From Opitutales bacterium (lineage in GTDB: Bacteria; Verrucomicrobiota; Verrucomicrobiia; Opitutales; JABSRG01), in contig JBMYOQ010000056.1 of the NCBI GenBank assembly GCA_049599475.1, forward strand, positions 1-29,749: a DNA stretch of 29,749 nucleotides. The letters run 5' to 3'. The position numbers and the translations under genes were made by a program. Each line of letters begins with the position of its first letter. Positions within the stretch are counted from its first letter, which is position 1. Positions 29,718-29,749 of the stretch are shown here, in pieces. Under the pieces are notes generated by a model. The model was given only the letters and a program-made list of their open reading frames with translations, searched no databases and was not told where the DNA came from.

Positions 29718-29749
29718 AGTGCACCACTCGTTTGCGGGTCAAAGTGCAC
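29700..29749. mobile_element. Terminal end of an insertion sequence, probably IS21 family (continues beyond the window)
   Basis: Starts TGT exactly at the gene break. Tandem 19-mers TTTGCGGGTTAAAGTGCAC (29706-29724) and TTTGCGGGTCAAAGTGCAC (29731-29749) have a 25-bp period, as in the reiterated transposase-binding sites of IS21 ends. No transposase gene is visible. Confidence 0.7.

Noticed and set aside
29706..29749. Two 19-bp direct repeats as the start of a CRISPR array
   Set aside because: The spacer is only 6 bp, there are no cas genes, and the TGT start at a gene break fits an IS end better.
1..29749. tRNA, rRNA, riboswitch, integrase, phage or defence genes
   Set aside because: None recognised by eye; a cmscan/HMM search would be needed to exclude small RNAs.

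Overview
An accessory region of secreted, surface and signalling genes. It probably comes from a Verrucomicrobiota (Opitutae/Coraliomargarita-like) bacterium; this is inferred from gene content and C-rich, SD-less leaders. From left to right it holds: a GTAG-type REP doublet beside the first nine codons of an off-window gene; a 2597-aa filamentous-haemagglutinin/TpsA-type exoprotein built from three ~495-aa and two ~145-aa repeats; a divergent beta-propeller/Y_Y_Y histidine kinase plus a separate REC-AraC regulator (a 'split' hybrid two-component system); and a 1958-aa secreted G8 + beta-helix + LamG + TSP3/CBM-like protein with a co-oriented arylsulfatase. After these come a divergent 1265-aa giant GspK/PilX-like prepilin protein with a small secreted partner, a probable oxidoreductase remnant, a discoidin-type HisKA_3 kinase + NarL/LuxR regulator, and a PEP-CTERM gene cut right after VPEPS by what looks like an IS21-family end. 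The best candidates for an undescribed system are the G8/CEMIP-like protein + sulfatase pair (possible sulfated-glycan depolymerisation) and the orphan giant pseudopilin + partner module beside it. All domain calls come from motif reading by eye; no searches were run.
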